NCBI RefSeq assembly: GCF_004010195.1
Contig: NC_057719.1
Location: 3,281,483 to 3,301,482 of the forward strand
Length of the DNA stretch: 20,000 nucleotides
From: Chiloscyllium plagiosum
Lineage: Eukaryota
Reading direction: 5' to 3'
Below the pieces are notes generated by a model. The model ran no database searches, had not been told where the DNA came from, and was given only the letters and a program-made list of their open reading frames with translations. Numbering within the stretch: position 1 is the stretch's first letter; every line of letters begins with the position of its first letter. This document shows positions 19,790 through 20,000 of the stretch, piece by piece. The position numbers and the translations under genes are program-made.

Positions 19790-20000
19790 TAACATCTGCC
19801 TGCCTAAAGAAGAACAGGGGGCCCACACAGTCATTTGGGCTCTGCTGATGCCTCAGCTAAATATGTAATTGTACAGACCTGTAAATAGGAATGATTAATC
19901 TGTCTCTGCATACCAAGAAATGGAATGTTTACATATGTATGGCATGTCCAGTTGTATAGATCATCAAAGTATTTTATGAATAAAGTATATTTTTGAAATT

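Noticed and set aside
19315..19834. Two antisense ORFs over the Tx1 fragment
   Set aside because: Shadow ORFs typical of GC-rich coding sequence.

Overview
Eukaryotic, repeat-dense, apparently non-genic (intronic or intergenic) DNA. The repeat repertoire (HE1/V-SINE-like SINEs, many CR1/HER1-like LINEs, Deu-domain SINE remnants, Penelope-like elements) points to a cartilaginous fish; this is inferred from recalled repeat families, not a database search. Every recognisable ORF belongs to a retroelement: CR1-clade RT fragments, one 5'-truncated Penelope-like element (RT C-terminus plus GIY-YIG endonuclease) and one intact internal Tx1/L1-clade RT fragment. Two N gaps lie inside young CR1 copies. 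No host gene could be identified. The most interesting signal is six minimal hammerhead-ribozyme-like cores (CUGANGA-A-stem II-GAAA-palindromic stem III) in Penelope terminal repeats. Two of them lie in opposite orientation in the arms of a 223-bp near-perfect palindromic element flanked by a 14-bp target-site duplication. Several multi-layer nested insertions can also be reconstructed. Repeat boundaries were read by eye and are approximate unless junction bases are quoted.
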